Source of the DNA: an uncultured virus (IMG/VR IMGVR_UViG_3300045016_000288)
Lineage: Duplodnaviria; Heunggongvirae; Uroviricota; Caudoviricetes
DNA: 64,000 nt
Virus record (IMG/VR): IMGVR_UViG_3300045016_000288
Direction: 5' to 3' (one strand)
Shown: positions 13,701-21,384 of the stretch, one piece after another
Position numbering within the stretch: position 1 is the first letter of the stretch
How the letters are laid out: each line of letters opens with the position of its first letter
Made by a program: the position numbers and the translations under genes
The notes under the pieces: generated by a model
The model's database searches: none
The model's input: only the letters and a program-made list of their open reading frames with translations
Told to the model about the DNA's origin: nothing

Positions 13701-16700
13701 TCCGCTCCTATATAGCCTGGACGTAACTGACAACCGGCATCAAATGCCCAGCCTCTGGAGGAATGCTATGCGAATGTGGCGGGCATGGTTGGCTGCACAC
13801 ACACCGGCCAACGGCGGCGCTGTCTATGCGAGGATTCAAGAGCAACTGAATGCCATCGAGAATTACCACGCTGATAACGAGGGATGGCGGTATCGAACCT
13901 GGGGCATTACGTTTCGCCTGATGGATTTGTTCACCCGGATGCGCCGGACAAACACCGAAGCCGGCCGCCGGGTTGAGAACATGGGAAGCGTTTACACGGC
14001 CAAGGAAGCCGGCAACATGCAGCGAGCCTTAAAACGAGGCCATGCCTGGACGACGGCCTTCCGGGCCGCCCAGCGCGCCACCGGCTTGCATTCTTACGCT
14101 AGTTTCAAGCGGCTGATTTACGACACTGCCCTGGGGTATCTGCGGGAAAACCGAAGCCGGCTTATTGGCCTGCCGAAGGCCGACATCTACCGGGAGCTGC
14201 GCGCTTACATGCAGGCGTTGCCTGGAATCCGCCAGTACATGGGGAAGGCGAATGCGTGGACTGCCCTTGAGGCCCTATTAGAACTGACGTGGGTAAGCCA
14301 GCGTGAGAACATCCAGATGATAGCCGAAGCCATGGGCATGAAGGTTCGTGATGTTATCGGGGACATGACTGTCTTTCGTGAGACCATCGGACACGAAATG
14401 TTCTGGCACCAGGTGAAAACATCCGCTTTGCTGAGGGATTGCTATGAGCAGATGCGCCAGGCTGGATGGCTGAGTGAGACCCAGGATCAGTCGAATCAAA
14501 TGCTGGCTTTAGCGGCGGAACTGGGCATCTCGAACAGGCGAGCCAGGGAAGCTTGGCGGGCAGCACTTGTAACCAACCCAGGGGCTCAACCTGTTCCCCC
14601 CCCCCTTGCTCCATTCATACCACGACTGGCTGCGTTGTTGCCGGGGCCTGTCTGGCAAGCTTTCATGCAACCGCTTTGCCGAAAGGCGTACAACGTGGTG
14701 TTTATGATGCCGCGGATGAAGCGACCAGGCTCGCCGCCCGGGCCATGGCCCCGCGTCGTTTTCGATTCGCAATCGGTTGTTGCCGCTGAACAACATGCCA
14801 ATCAGAACCTGATTAACTTTGCCAGGGCTTTGTATGAGGCCGGCCAGCGGCACGCAACCGCTCAGGGATTGGTTATTGATGAAACATTCGAGGAGTTCTT
14901 AGGGGAAACGCTGGATACCCTTGGCCAGATATTCGATACGGTCCACGAACAACAGCAGATGTTTACTGCGGTTCAGATGGGGGGACGAACCAAGCCGCGA
15001 GCGCCCCATGCCATCCTGGAGGCGCATAAGTCTGATTCGTGGCCGACTGAATGGATCGAGTTCATCCCACACGATCAAAACACCGAACGGCTCTTGGTGG
15101 CGTGGATGGCGTACCATAGCGCCTTTGGCCGGGACGGCGATGGCGCGGCAGCCTTGATCACCCGGACCAAGGAGGAACTAAAGACCCAGGCAAATGAACT
15201 ACAGGCGATGCGGGATCAAGCCAGGGAACGGGAGCCTACGGCGAGCGCAGCGCGAATCAGACAGATGGTAATCGATCTTATTCGGGCGAAAGGCAGGCGG
15301 CGGGGGATGACGCGCAAGGAGGCCCGCGTTCGGTACGAGCATTTGGTTGATGCGGAAGCAATGGCTGCCCGAGCCGAGGGCTTTCAGCAGAGCTTTGACA
15401 GCATGTGGGACCGGAGCGGCATGACTTCAGAAATTACCGCGCTGCACGAGTTTATGTCCGGGCTGGGCAGCATGGCTGTGCAAGGCCCCAAAACGCAGCT
15501 TTGGAACCTTCAATCCCTCCTCTCGCCGATGATGTTCTATGGCATCAGCAAGCGGACGCTCCTGTGGACGCTCAGGGACATAGGCTACGTGGTCCCGGAA
15601 GTGATTGGGTCGTTCCTGGAGATATTCTGGAAAAACATCTCGCTAACGTCTGGTCGCGTCCAACGCCGGCTTAACATGGGTTTTCTCAACGATCAGGGGG
15701 TTAATGTCGCAGACCGACTGAGGAATGAGTGGGCCATGCTCAAGACGACTGTCGGGGAAGAGGGGTTCGTGGGAAGAGGCCTGCGCGTGATAAGCCGGTC
15801 CGTCAGGGCGCCGGGGCGTGGATGGAAAGGAAAGCGAGTCAGGCCAGGAGAAGCGAAGTTCGCGCCCTTCACCCCGTTGCACCCGTTTCACTTGCAGCAG
15901 CGTGTTGTTACCAACGCGGCCATAGACGCGGTGCTAGCTACAGTCGAAGATATGATTTTGCAGGGGGTCGAGTTTGCCCTGCCTCGCCCTGGTGTTGAAA
16001 CCTTCACAGCCGAGACGATGGGGCTGAAAGATAAGATTTGGGAGGAAGCCAAAACCTGGGACTTGATTCGCCGGCAGGTTATCGGGAAGGGTGTTGATTT
16101 TGACGGCCACATTCGACGGTTGGCCGCTCTAGCCCGGCAGGGTCAGAACAGGCAAGGCCCTGTTCTCCCCCTGCGTGACGCGCAAGCGGTTGCCACCCTG
16201 GCAATGGACCGCATCATGCTGGACACCAGCGTGGTAAACAGGCCGCCTGGCTTTTTCGCTGATCCATTGATACGCCTCAGCAGCATCTTGTGGTCGTGGA
16301 CGTTTGGTCAGACGGGAGCCTTGACGAATGCGTTGCGTGGGCCGAAAGGCGAGCTAAACCTCAAGTATATCATGCACTTCATCAAGATGATCCTTGTGGT
16401 GGTTGTGCCAGGCAGCCTGGCAATGTCGTTCCTGGTGGACAAGTACGAGGACTGGGCAATCAAACGCCGGCTTGACCGGCGGCGCATAGGCGAGGGCGAT
16501 GTGCTGGGTGCCTTAGTCGAGATCATGGACTACGGCGGCATGTTGGGGCTTTACGGCACGGCAGCCAACACGATCCTGGCGGGTGTGCGTGATGGCAGTT
16601 TCCGGGGATTAAGCGTGGACGGGCGGGTGGTGATGCTCCGGTGCTTGTACAACATCTGTCGGGCGCTCAGCAACCTCGTCTTGCAACACGGCACAGCCAC

Positions 16701-17352
16701 CTATGAGACTGTCTTTCGCCCGTTGATGACGGGTTTTGGTGGCAATGGCTACCTGCAAGACGTTGAGATCATCGCCAACCTCCTGGGCGATTACGCCGAA
16801 GACGTGCCGCTTGCGAATGAGGAATCCAGGTATATCCGGCGGACAAACGTTGAGAACTACCTCCGGGCGGCTGGCCGCGGCATTGGCTATGAGGTTAGGT
16901 TAAGCGCCGACAGGCCGGCGGTGTCAACGCCAGCCAGGCCGTTCCTGGGGAAGATGGTGCTATCCGCATACGCGGATGATCCGGCCGGCTTCAAGGAGGC
17001 CCACCAGGGCGCCATTGACGCGGCTCGTAGTGAGGGACGTGCTGACCCGGTGGACTATGTTCGCGCCGCCTATGCCGCCCGCCATCCGTTTAATGTGTTC
17101 CGCACAAAACCGAACGAAGCCGAGTACCGGCGACTGCTGGACGCGATGAGCGATGAAGGGCAGGAACAAGTCCGTGAAGCTTTGCGTCTGTTCAACAAAT
17201 ACGGCGAATCAATCGGCATGAACGCCATTGAGCCGAGGGTTGGAAGGGGAACCGGCCAGGATTACAGCATTGAGGAAATCCGCCGGCGTATTTTCCAGAA
17301 ACGATGGAATCCAGTTGACGATTATCGGAAGAATATCTACCGTAACCAATAA
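1762..17352 (+). CDS. Giant (5196 aa) virion/DNA-ejection 'large polyvalent'-type protein with a zincin-like HEAAH motif
   Basis: Uninterrupted ORF; position before the tailspike; AFHEAAHF motif with HEAAH at 11749-11763; Pro-rich linkers; internal repeats. Confidence 0.7.
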   Translation: MPQTPYVTWYRSQNQADTRTDEQIVDHAVETIGRQQLLELGYDEDLADYDTRHPQTPLGPAPAILGPSQFGPPEVAAPVHPWSDSGGFGGGFGIPFTQRGRWIRAAAELGALPYIEAARTLPGGIDIAEAKLYEAAQAIVNLPEHVQLALFTGLKGGAVGVPLAVAEIAARPVAEALGLEGIIKPRSPEAALLQAVKPGLNDWLEDRYRANIEEAARALPKVGDITQIRTPEEFALWVGGQVGQQSPQFAGSIISGMVGRQAGMFAWSWAQNQNYHDLLDLGVSPEKAAVLASLQAIPAAFLDTLVPSRILKAGKAKPTAGPRPTPETRFATKETLKIFGVDLFLEGVTETGQEFLGILAEVIAEPKVLNNPKKREEYKSRIKNSAAAGWLLGLLGGGAEHGFARWQAERAIARARKADRQLESELPSISDAAQAQYKTSGDWYADVRTALTEAVKKGKESPDLHVIVAVSDRPRAGEGRFRIMTRDKVAPEKGEIPPVIVPPDSVDLGDGVVVGPGNTVVTTRGRQVIARRVFRQEDDGNVYVISGKNDDPVEVDIEDTKTLSATLRARAAAVAPPAPEPEPTPGEAPPETPPSGAPLAPLYPGRTQPFKLTDTCFLEVGDEVMLNDGRRVVSSGFSRGDGGEPLVVFPGQRHFVDIDVDATVELRKEVRAKRQKEAEAAAPTAPIEVVVSPPFVAQGSGRLGKWSTKARRHGRSADGGTHFFLTVREELFDTQDEAEARAAEMRAEYAETQPPSETPPAAPPVPVPAPPPVPPSPPAALPIANIEEVDALVAEVRRMAAEDWFVRGQQTLAHKAWRVANYMFSDYPQRVQALIDQEVDQYPQLEPFYHALHRLLTLYRDWIRTEPEEQRNARALRAFEQAEWMLEREQRRPHEAQQIEDELSGLPPGDQEATRAAMVLVRKLHGLERRQEQHATEQRQIEEGRIPEHPRAPEGVPGEWPDRVQPTPVVAEGPEAGRGHRVEEGRAVTPPAPAPTPTPPVTPVAAVTPPAVPSPTVPTPTVPPPPPGAPPVVPPPPPGRAPAAPTPAPPAPTAPTGALAGITGPTLTITQTGLTFRQPGPHPERNDILRTFATYDPLTREWRASWESLERRGLTGFDVVQLMGAAPFAETRIVQQASLPSGHDLTYAQLQAHRAAMGVPAAGRRGPLATITVHSSPTSEHQGIVIQQTKANRSKPAYARLLMELGFRRHIAVGLRGAMIYRWSQLPVENRQQAARDLLARVRSIYRDNVTVENEEGLENIPPSPESPESSAAATEAASTGRRGVMRQPADGTPTITWEASLPATTKTEFTDHLKAVCKELGISVYARRGGVWHFGRGLTPEKWAALKERMRVQHGERLVIEETVRATEQPATTLGVPYDISQPAPPGIVACEATTLPKGATFAAGGKAYRAEGVEGGLAIFTDLSTNTRVTLLATGRVFIERGTIQAPPPSEPTPPAQTAIEEEGEEEEGPFSIILPEEAGEPAVAAQPKPEPIKVESRLALAKRRIIDLSKIVTTVLAKVGAKPFEPGQEAASAEAINQARAELARAEEQWKTARASWAATLAERLALIRAATEEEASPQLGRAWDNMYPSMVRQPMEAITKKLADEVGAQIVDVEYEEGGKKTRSKIWQWPPGKTPSTEEAGVAQAKLAHAEQGLTYALAMACRETGFDSKVYNEALRQFTALANALNKAEDDYNQKTLVVEALESMHDKRRAATIIKSAPRLIASMEQQADLVLAGESAEQFDASLIAHVQAAYLTGYVQHDEAISLLKEVMIKPPAMPKEAGRPATLPEQKARQAAIEQARKEAAPAQAAQALAAEEAINSLDISGAPALLGFGVEVPAPPKVETAPGPRKEQAKARLLRSITADLLAHRSSRLEEGGARVGPVGKAWDVLKAFAASVAESGWRALLTPTANEKAIAGKGRKLALALLRKYEIDLGTISAWTEVSGAVDDAIKALAKAVADKGWMTLFRASPDEDALVGEGRRLMFSNLRWKSLEMDVASSWAPPSEEDAQNIQSLARTVGEHGLTALFRAVPNEDQSTTRGRSFLRKALREHSPLLKEQNIEARLRAHSDALRALAGHIAERGWSALFRPDPTDSELISKGRQIVHAVLGWRSDPLWAGAALPRLSPREKLAIDALAEAILEYGWGALYDLIPREHALVTEGRRQILGPYKKSRQTRRAKSLKEQPLTDRLRERAENKGLKLSDKDLEFVARIILAGRLDIDQALAMFVKAGKRVAPEMSQLSPSTVSLWAMAKRFGFDVGFEHLAIIDNLVRTTGVDMFHLSAELDKLGVKRRIGWETSPGRQPLTAPKTLEDVVKWVDDLAPTLLEGLWLISQQARVEHAKGTPLLTVEQRDALAKQLNITITDQERARVKQALNQLVRLIVWEYTGDEVREKWKKIYTENADTDDVVLSWLIAERLWTPSEATRAVYDRTVGNPSKGINPISTLDDLLVELETIGEEVSDEALGTIGYSHEYRKGLIKGVRESIRTSTLPSYEKRVFGFGHYWTAIRFLVMADTVKGYQERVLPRRPTENAVAIPTPDQLDVEQAFSPVTQLPPEIMLAYLKESRPAEKTKLLRMIGDRLYGWLPVVSGGETQPMSGAVPKAKSQAGRTRRLVAMRYHRVIRDEQGMAVDVEPVHVLVAIWPGWDTKTQTNVYYVTDPRPGWESVQGRSKPWPTQWLPVIEKGQQTVVSVPKWRAIRLDELIGDGYMPVASYLFERAWDRKAHWFDYHRGQADPYVIWHDAAKALYQSTLDETALGPGKETGRAEDEGTWEAEQFEKGMAEAHDAVLREQLIQAAIADLREAEADKRPTERLTDEEVEQRAGEIVDEKLRQEAEAEGALPTLAEAEGEVPAPGEVPAGPKTAGQEFLAEAWEMRKRLKAVQAIETFPLTEKLLALLASAEPTPKVPKSETAVEALYGGQVPAGLTEESVLARLAALDTLTEAQARELVSWLAEAKGYEWRGSLDHLVKAIEILLPAGRHVGRTRQLSPLEIFAAKLMQRGMMQRGMPRWRIMYQAKYMLARALQDVMRTAFDLPAMLAWHGAGKPRPRVQAALGGFDEVRQLIQRAANLPSRPRKEPAAPISVAPPAATTPSAGVEAEDALLRSLGIKIIGPTAVTTPVRPETPTERFFRVLLANLRLPGSTISADQLQAALLFDRPKEQLRTLLNALVEMGDLEKVYVPQFVRRKAGVAKQNIEAFTLTQQGRLAPRHLGWGTLPARVPDGPAGGARPVPPDVADRTSPLVEPGPLADAWETAPDDVRLRFQNVLRALRAAGIEPLIFFRTINGLPAGVKGRAVFRLRQLIVCVEDALNPSLTELTIAFHEAAHFVLHFESKATAERVLAALDSLGVEGLQKLLGNVGQRLGRVVGGKIVPAEGRTLTVEMLVESVARHLVESGFDPAQAMSLSEKIWAYLRDIYYRVALAFQQSILGKPNPAMAVRWFEERVKYMLRNPKSFQAFLGGAKDSLESKVERGEKLDGRETLAVNLNPDGTWHVSPLLAYSPTELVANLAGILMSQGDFEGAAAVLDDQRLMMLRHDQQVYGVPDGPFSAPITEGGPARNPPDLIRDVAALNEFRGALADVQAAWGRSNPWVQGLAQDDWLKWLGVSPPQEGITRLAQKVTQLGTRFPGPFNSNARLRDVSSRANQQLVNRHYLSLLYRFRADLVNMARGAAARVHELTDKRNILQAIETLLATRAVQARQAMQTVLSDMRRVIDQSRTNAMRGVEWFLANDDIAVQLGTLQHAQDMPNSQAYVTLLNQIWAAFSGDPQALDDKLRLLSRLGQGRNINWDTVTAAALREMIGQLPASEQGQFAEFTANTDRARLTLAAVTTFIHAHSAYLEALDVAINATQEQRTAANRAFVALAAQNVVEMANLQASVAQIPAIKTLVDKIVANHRRRQAQLERCEESLRKEQALLDCQPAFDSLEAHIAAVERDLGVNLGEVTMIPDEEFLLPTDPDQAPGVVLDPKQCPPLLYSLDVTDNRHQMPSLWRNAMRMWRAWLAAHTPANGGAVYARIQEQLNAIENYHADNEGWRYRTWGITFRLMDLFTRMRRTNTEAGRRVENMGSVYTAKEAGNMQRALKRGHAWTTAFRAAQRATGLHSYASFKRLIYDTALGYLRENRSRLIGLPKADIYRELRAYMQALPGIRQYMGKANAWTALEALLELTWVSQRENIQMIAEAMGMKVRDVIGDMTVFRETIGHEMFWHQVKTSALLRDCYEQMRQAGWLSETQDQSNQMLALAAELGISNRRAREAWRAALVTNPGAQPVPPPLAPFIPRLAALLPGPVWQAFMQPLCRKAYNVVFMMPRMKRPGSPPGPWPRVVFDSQSVVAAEQHANQNLINFARALYEAGQRHATAQGLVIDETFEEFLGETLDTLGQIFDTVHEQQQMFTAVQMGGRTKPRAPHAILEAHKSDSWPTEWIEFIPHDQNTERLLVAWMAYHSAFGRDGDGAAALITRTKEELKTQANELQAMRDQAREREPTASAARIRQMVIDLIRAKGRRRGMTRKEARVRYEHLVDAEAMAARAEGFQQSFDSMWDRSGMTSEITALHEFMSGLGSMAVQGPKTQLWNLQSLLSPMMFYGISKRTLLWTLRDIGYVVPEVIGSFLEIFWKNISLTSGRVQRRLNMGFLNDQGVNVADRLRNEWAMLKTTVGEEGFVGRGLRVISRSVRAPGRGWKGKRVRPGEAKFAPFTPLHPFHLQQRVVTNAAIDAVLATVEDMILQGVEFALPRPGVETFTAETMGLKDKIWEEAKTWDLIRRQVIGKGVDFDGHIRRLAALARQGQNRQGPVLPLRDAQAVATLAMDRIMLDTSVVNRPPGFFADPLIRLSSILWSWTFGQTGALTNALRGPKGELNLKYIMHFIKMILVVVVPGSLAMSFLVDKYEDWAIKRRLDRRRIGEGDVLGALVEIMDYGGMLGLYGTAANTILAGVRDGSFRGLSVDGRVVMLRCLYNICRALSNLVLQHGTATYETVFRPLMTGFGGNGYLQDVEIIANLLGDYAEDVPLANEESRYIRRTNVENYLRAAGRGIGYEVRLSADRPAVSTPARPFLGKMVLSAYADDPAGFKEAHQGAIDAARSEGRADPVDYVRAAYAARHPFNVFRTKPNEAEYRRLLDAMSDEGQEQVREALRLFNKYGESIGMNAIEPRVGRGTGQDYSIEEIRRRIFQKRWNPVDDYRKNIYRNQ
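4562..4765 (+). CDS. Small basic phage protein (MPLxKG...NIREL...QAVAIAL type) nested in the +1 frame of the giant ORF
   Basis: SD AAAGGAGG at 4544-4551, 10 nt before the ATG; sequence resembles a small phage protein family recalled from memory. Confidence 0.7.
   Translation: MPLNKGRSKKVVSQNIRELLKAYRASGRIGSSRPQSLRKAQKQAVAIALKKAGRSRRQRQRRRQRRR
7441..8285 (+). repeat. Five ~60-aa protein repeats inside the giant ORF
   Basis: Units near 7441, 7621, 7801, 7981 and 8161 with consensus ALAxxhAExGWxALFxxxPxExxLhxxGRxhh. Confidence 0.85.
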
Positions 17353-17361
17353 AGGTGCATT

Positions 17362-17823
17362 ATGAAGGTAGTCAGAACCCTAACCAATGCGGGGGAGATG
17401 CCGCCGAACCCGCACGACGCCAGGTATTCAGACCCGCGTGTTGCTGTCAGTCCGAACGGCGAAATGAAGGTGTTCGACCTGCGGGCACTGGCTGAACTGC
17501 AAACCCTTACAGGAACCGTTTCCAACGTGCCAGAAGTCACCTGGTACGAGGACGTGTTCACCACGGACGGTGGCGGCTCAGACCCCCTTCTCATCACCCA
17601 AGGACACCCATCCCACCGCGTATTTCAAGCCATCCTCCGCGCTGACCCGGCTAACAGCGTGGATATTTGGTTTGGCCCGGACTCGAATGTGTATCGGCGT
17701 CTGCCGGCAGGGACCGAATACCTCATCCCGGTGACACCGGGGCGGTCATTCGACATTAGCCGATGGTACTTCTGGGCCAACGGGGTCGCCGGCCAAAACC
17801 TCTTTGTCATATACGCAGTATGA
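17362..17823 (+). CDS. Hypothetical virion protein
   Basis: 153-aa ORF; stop overlaps the next start (ATGA). Confidence 0.6.
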   Translation: MKVVRTLTNAGEMPPNPHDARYSDPRVAVSPNGEMKVFDLRALAELQTLTGTVSNVPEVTWYEDVFTTDGGGSDPLLITQGHPSHRVFQAILRADPANSVDIWFGPDSNVYRRLPAGTEYLIPVTPGRSFDISRWYFWANGVAGQNLFVIYAV

Positions 17824-20246
17824 AGAACATTGGTTTCCTTCTGGGATTGCTGGTCAGCATTTCGGCGCTGGCCCAGCCAATCATTCTAACCACGCCATAC
17901 ACCCGGCAGGTGTTGACTTCAACGAACGCCTTGCAAGGTCGGGACTTGCAAGGATTGCTCAAAGCCGTGAACGTCCAATGGTTTGGTGCTTTAGGCAACG
18001 GCAAAAGCAATGACACGGCTGCGGTGAAAGCCGCGTACGACTATGCCATCACCAATGGCCAGGTGCTTTATTTCCCGCAGACCAGGAGCAACTACCTGTT
18101 CAACCTGGTTGTTACGAACAGCATGAGGTTCATCGGGGACCGAGCGAGCGGACCAGCATGGAGTTTGACCGGCTCGTCAGGTTCGGACGGGTCAACCGTG
18201 AGCGCCTACGACGCCAGCCAGCCCATCTTTAAGGTGGGTGGACTGGCCAGCGCGCAGATTTATGGTGTCACGTTCGAGGACATCGCCTTTTACGGGGGCA
18301 CCAACACAGGATGCGCCAATCCCGGCAACATTGCGATTCACTTCGACCGAGGCGCATGGTACGGGGCGGCCAAGGATTGTTTATTCAGATGGTTCACGAA
18401 CGCCGTGTTGTTCTACCCGGTGGAGACTGGCTACGGCTCAATGAACAGCCTGCAAAACTGCCGCATTTTCATGCCTGGCTACGGTGCCGACACTCGCGGC
18501 GTGGTGGTTCGCCACTCAACAACCAACACCACTTGGATGACGGGGACGAGCATTTGTGGCAATAGTCACATCTGGAACATTGCTGGACACGGCTATTCAC
18601 TTGAAGTTGACGGCGCGCCTGTCTGGCTGAACAATATGTATCTTGACCAGGCAAGCGGACATGGAGTATTGATTAAGGAAACCCCTGGCGCCACTAACCC
18701 CAACTACGGACGACCGCAACTATGGTGTCAAACAGTCATGTTTGACGGTAGCGGCGGCGCGTATCAGTTGATTAAGCTCAACGACACGCCACTGGCCGAC
18801 TTTGATTCCTTCGGTAGTTGGATGAAGGGAGATTACTACATCATGGGCAGTTGGGTCACAAGCGATAACGTGGTGGTTCCCAACTACGGCAACAATAGCT
18901 TGACCTACCGGACTGAACTTAGCTCGCCGGTTATTACGGACCGCATCTTTCTTCGGAACCACGATTCCAGCGGACCTTTGGGCGACGACAGTGTTTCAGT
19001 TCTGCGCTATAACAACAATTTGTATCTTCATTCTCCTTCGAGCATTTTCATAGGTGGGGGCGGGTATCACTACATGGATGCGACGAACAGCTCCTACGTT
19101 GTCTGGCGCAGCACGGTTCATGGCAAGTTTGTTTCGAGCGGAGTAGACACCAATGGAGATTGGTACATTCGAAACAGTCCGGGCCGGGATATTACTGTTC
19201 AGAATTCGTCTGGCAGTGGCAGGCTGACAGTCCGAGACGGCAGCAACATTTACCTGACGCCCGACAGTGGTATTGTTACTGTTTCCGGGCGGGTTACCGC
19301 CGGGTCCTTAACTGTGACAACGAACGTAACCTCACCGGCTTACTATTTGTCAAATACTACGAACTATTTGGCGGATGCTGCAAGCACCAACGTCACGCTC
19401 TCAGCGTATGGGGACATTCTTGCTCGGCCAGGCAGTGGATACTTTAAGACGTTTGGTGCCGCAGGAAAAGAGGCACGGATAGGCGTTCAACCCGGTGAAG
19501 TTTATTTTACATCTCCCGACGTCGGCGTGAACGTGAAGGTTTTGGAACGGGCCGGTTATGGTTACGTTACCGCACCAGGTGGCGCAGCGTATTATAGCGC
19601 CGCCAACTCTACGCATCGGATGAGAGGTAAGTTGGCTATTGCCGCTTCAGATACCGGGCCGACTAATCAATTAGATGTGATTGGAACAGGTTTATTTAGC
19701 GGTCTATTGTCTGTGCCGAGCGGACTGCAATTTGACGCCGCCACACAATACCTGCTCGGCGGCACCAACAACGTGGTTGCGGCGGCAGCGGGGGACTTTT
19801 ATTTCTATCCGACTGGCAATGATTTGCACGTGTATGGGGCCAACTCGGCAAACATTCTCCTCAACGATGTGGATAGCGGCACGGTTGGGCATATCCACCA
19901 GACAGGCAACGACATCATCGTTGAATGTCAAGCATCTGGCTTTGCCAAACTATATGACAATGCTGGCTACGGCGTGGCGGTGCAGCGAAGTGGTCCGATC
20001 TACCTTGAGGCGGGCAGCGGATACACGCGCAACATTGGCAAGCTAGGTGTGGGTCCGGCGGGCTTCAATGCTACAAACCAGTTGGATGTGATCGGAGACA
20101 TCCACGCCACTGGGGTTTTCATAAACAACGCCCTGAGCGGCATTTCCGCCACGATTGACGCGCTCGTCGCTGGTTCAACGACGAACCGTCTGGTGTTTTC
20201 GGGCGGTATCTTGATCAGCAACATCACCGGGTTTTACAGTCCTTGA
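17820..20246 (+). CDS. Tailspike/receptor-binding protein with pectate-lyase-like beta-helix and an apparent signal peptide
   Basis: VNVQWFGALGNGKSNDTAAVKAA motif; start reassigned to MKNIGFLLGLLVSISALAQ; two C-terminal repeats ending TNQLDVIG. Confidence 0.7.
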   Translation: MKNIGFLLGLLVSISALAQPIILTTPYTRQVLTSTNALQGRDLQGLLKAVNVQWFGALGNGKSNDTAAVKAAYDYAITNGQVLYFPQTRSNYLFNLVVTNSMRFIGDRASGPAWSLTGSSGSDGSTVSAYDASQPIFKVGGLASAQIYGVTFEDIAFYGGTNTGCANPGNIAIHFDRGAWYGAAKDCLFRWFTNAVLFYPVETGYGSMNSLQNCRIFMPGYGADTRGVVVRHSTTNTTWMTGTSICGNSHIWNIAGHGYSLEVDGAPVWLNNMYLDQASGHGVLIKETPGATNPNYGRPQLWCQTVMFDGSGGAYQLIKLNDTPLADFDSFGSWMKGDYYIMGSWVTSDNVVVPNYGNNSLTYRTELSSPVITDRIFLRNHDSSGPLGDDSVSVLRYNNNLYLHSPSSIFIGGGGYHYMDATNSSYVVWRSTVHGKFVSSGVDTNGDWYIRNSPGRDITVQNSSGSGRLTVRDGSNIYLTPDSGIVTVSGRVTAGSLTVTTNVTSPAYYLSNTTNYLADAASTNVTLSAYGDILARPGSGYFKTFGAAGKEARIGVQPGEVYFTSPDVGVNVKVLERAGYGYVTAPGGAAYYSAANSTHRMRGKLAIAASDTGPTNQLDVIGTGLFSGLLSVPSGLQFDAATQYLLGGTNNVVAAAAGDFYFYPTGNDLHVYGANSANILLNDVDSGTVGHIHQTGNDIIVECQASGFAKLYDNAGYGVAVQRSGPIYLEAGSGYTRNIGKLGVGPAGFNATNQLDVIGDIHATGVFINNALSGISATIDALVAGSTTNRLVFSGGILISNITGFYSP

Positions 20247-20247
20247 C

Positions 20248-20685
20248 ATGACACTGGCCTATGAGGACCTTCACTCCGAGCTTGCCGAATACGGGTTCAC
20301 CGAGTTCGGCCCCAGGCGGGATGACCGTTACTACATTCCGCGCAAGGAATGGCTGGAGAAGTTCCTTGGCTGGCTGCGCCGTCACCGCAAGACGTATCGC
20401 CCGGAGAACTGCGATTGCGAGGACATCATGTTCCACGTGGTTGCCAGCGCCGGGGTGGCCCTGGAACGCAACAAGAAGGCCAGCGCAGGCAACCCGGTCT
20501 GTTGCGCCGTTTGGGAAAGCGCAACGGAGTTTGGCGATTTCATGGGCGAACAGTTCCAGGGTCGGCACACCAGTTGCATCATTCGGCTGCGTGAGGGATG
20601 GTTTGTGGTGGATGGCGGCGCTTGTGCGGCTTGTCCCCTGGATGACCTTGGGCTGGGTTTGCGCCCTGTTTTTGTTTGGTTGTGA
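20248..20685 (+). CDS. Papain/transglutaminase-like cysteine peptidase-fold protein
   Basis: NCDCEDI followed by HTSCII and a downstream Asp, consistent with a Cys-His-Asp triad. Confidence 0.45.
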   Translation: MTLAYEDLHSELAEYGFTEFGPRRDDRYYIPRKEWLEKFLGWLRRHRKTYRPENCDCEDIMFHVVASAGVALERNKKASAGNPVCCAVWESATEFGDFMGEQFQGRHTSCIIRLREGWFVVDGGACAACPLDDLGLGLRPVFVWL

Positions 20686-20703
20686 CACGGTCCCACAGAT
20701 GGA

Positions 20704-21090
20704 ATGAGCCGGCGATTACTACTTGTTGAGGATGACGCGGGCGCCTTGGTGGCTTACCGGGAGGCTCTCCGTCTGACTGACTGGGAGATTATGGTGGCTC
20801 AGACAATGGCTGAGGCCAAGGCGGCGCTGGTTGGCCCTGGCGTTTTTCAGGTAGTGCTGCTGGACATCTGCCTGCCAGATGGCAATGGGATTGATCTGAT
20901 CGAGCACGTGCGGCAAGTGGGGGCGGAAACAGTTGTGGCCACCGGTAGGATGGGTGCAGAACTGATCGCGCAGGGCGGTCGGCCTAGCATTCTCCAAAAC
21001 ACGTTGGTGTTGAGCAAACCGATTTCCCTGGAGTTGTTCCAGGGAGCCTTGGACCAAGCCTATGAGCGGCAACGAAACCGAATCGGGTAG
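20704..21090 (+). CDS. Stand-alone response-regulator receiver (CheY-like) protein
   Basis: LLLVEDD, VLLDICLPDGNGIDL, ATG (conserved Thr) and SKP motifs. Confidence 0.9.
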   Translation: MSRRLLLVEDDAGALVAYREALRLTDWEIMVAQTMAEAKAALVGPGVFQVVLLDICLPDGNGIDLIEHVRQVGAETVVATGRMGAELIAQGGRPSILQNTLVLSKPISLELFQGALDQAYERQRNRIG

Positions 21091-21358
21091 CTGGGAGGAG
21101 TACTCCAAGCTCGTCCTCCGAAGCTTGAGCAAATTGGAGGAGCGGATGGACGCCATTGAGGAGCGCCTAACGGCGGTTGAGGGGCGATTGTCAGCCATTG
21201 AAGCGCGGCTGGAGCGTTCGTTACAAAATGGACAACAGCTGCACAAAGATGTGGACTCGTTGAAGATGTTTAGGGTTCAAGCGATGGCGGTGTTTGGCGC
21301 CGTCCAGTTCGTGGTGGGGCTTTTGATTGCTTTCAAGGACAAGTTGTTCGGAAAATAG
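21062..21358 (+). CDS. Coiled-coil plus C-terminal TM protein (XhlA/holin-associated type)
   Basis: Heptad repeats followed by a hydrophobic C-terminal helix. Confidence 0.55.
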   Translation: MSGNETESGSWEEYSKLVLRSLSKLEERMDAIEERLTAVEGRLSAIEARLERSLQNGQQLHKDVDSLKMFRVQAMAVFGAVQFVVGLLIAFKDKLFGK

Positions 21359-21384
21359 AAGTTGGAAGTGGAAAGGAAGAAGAC

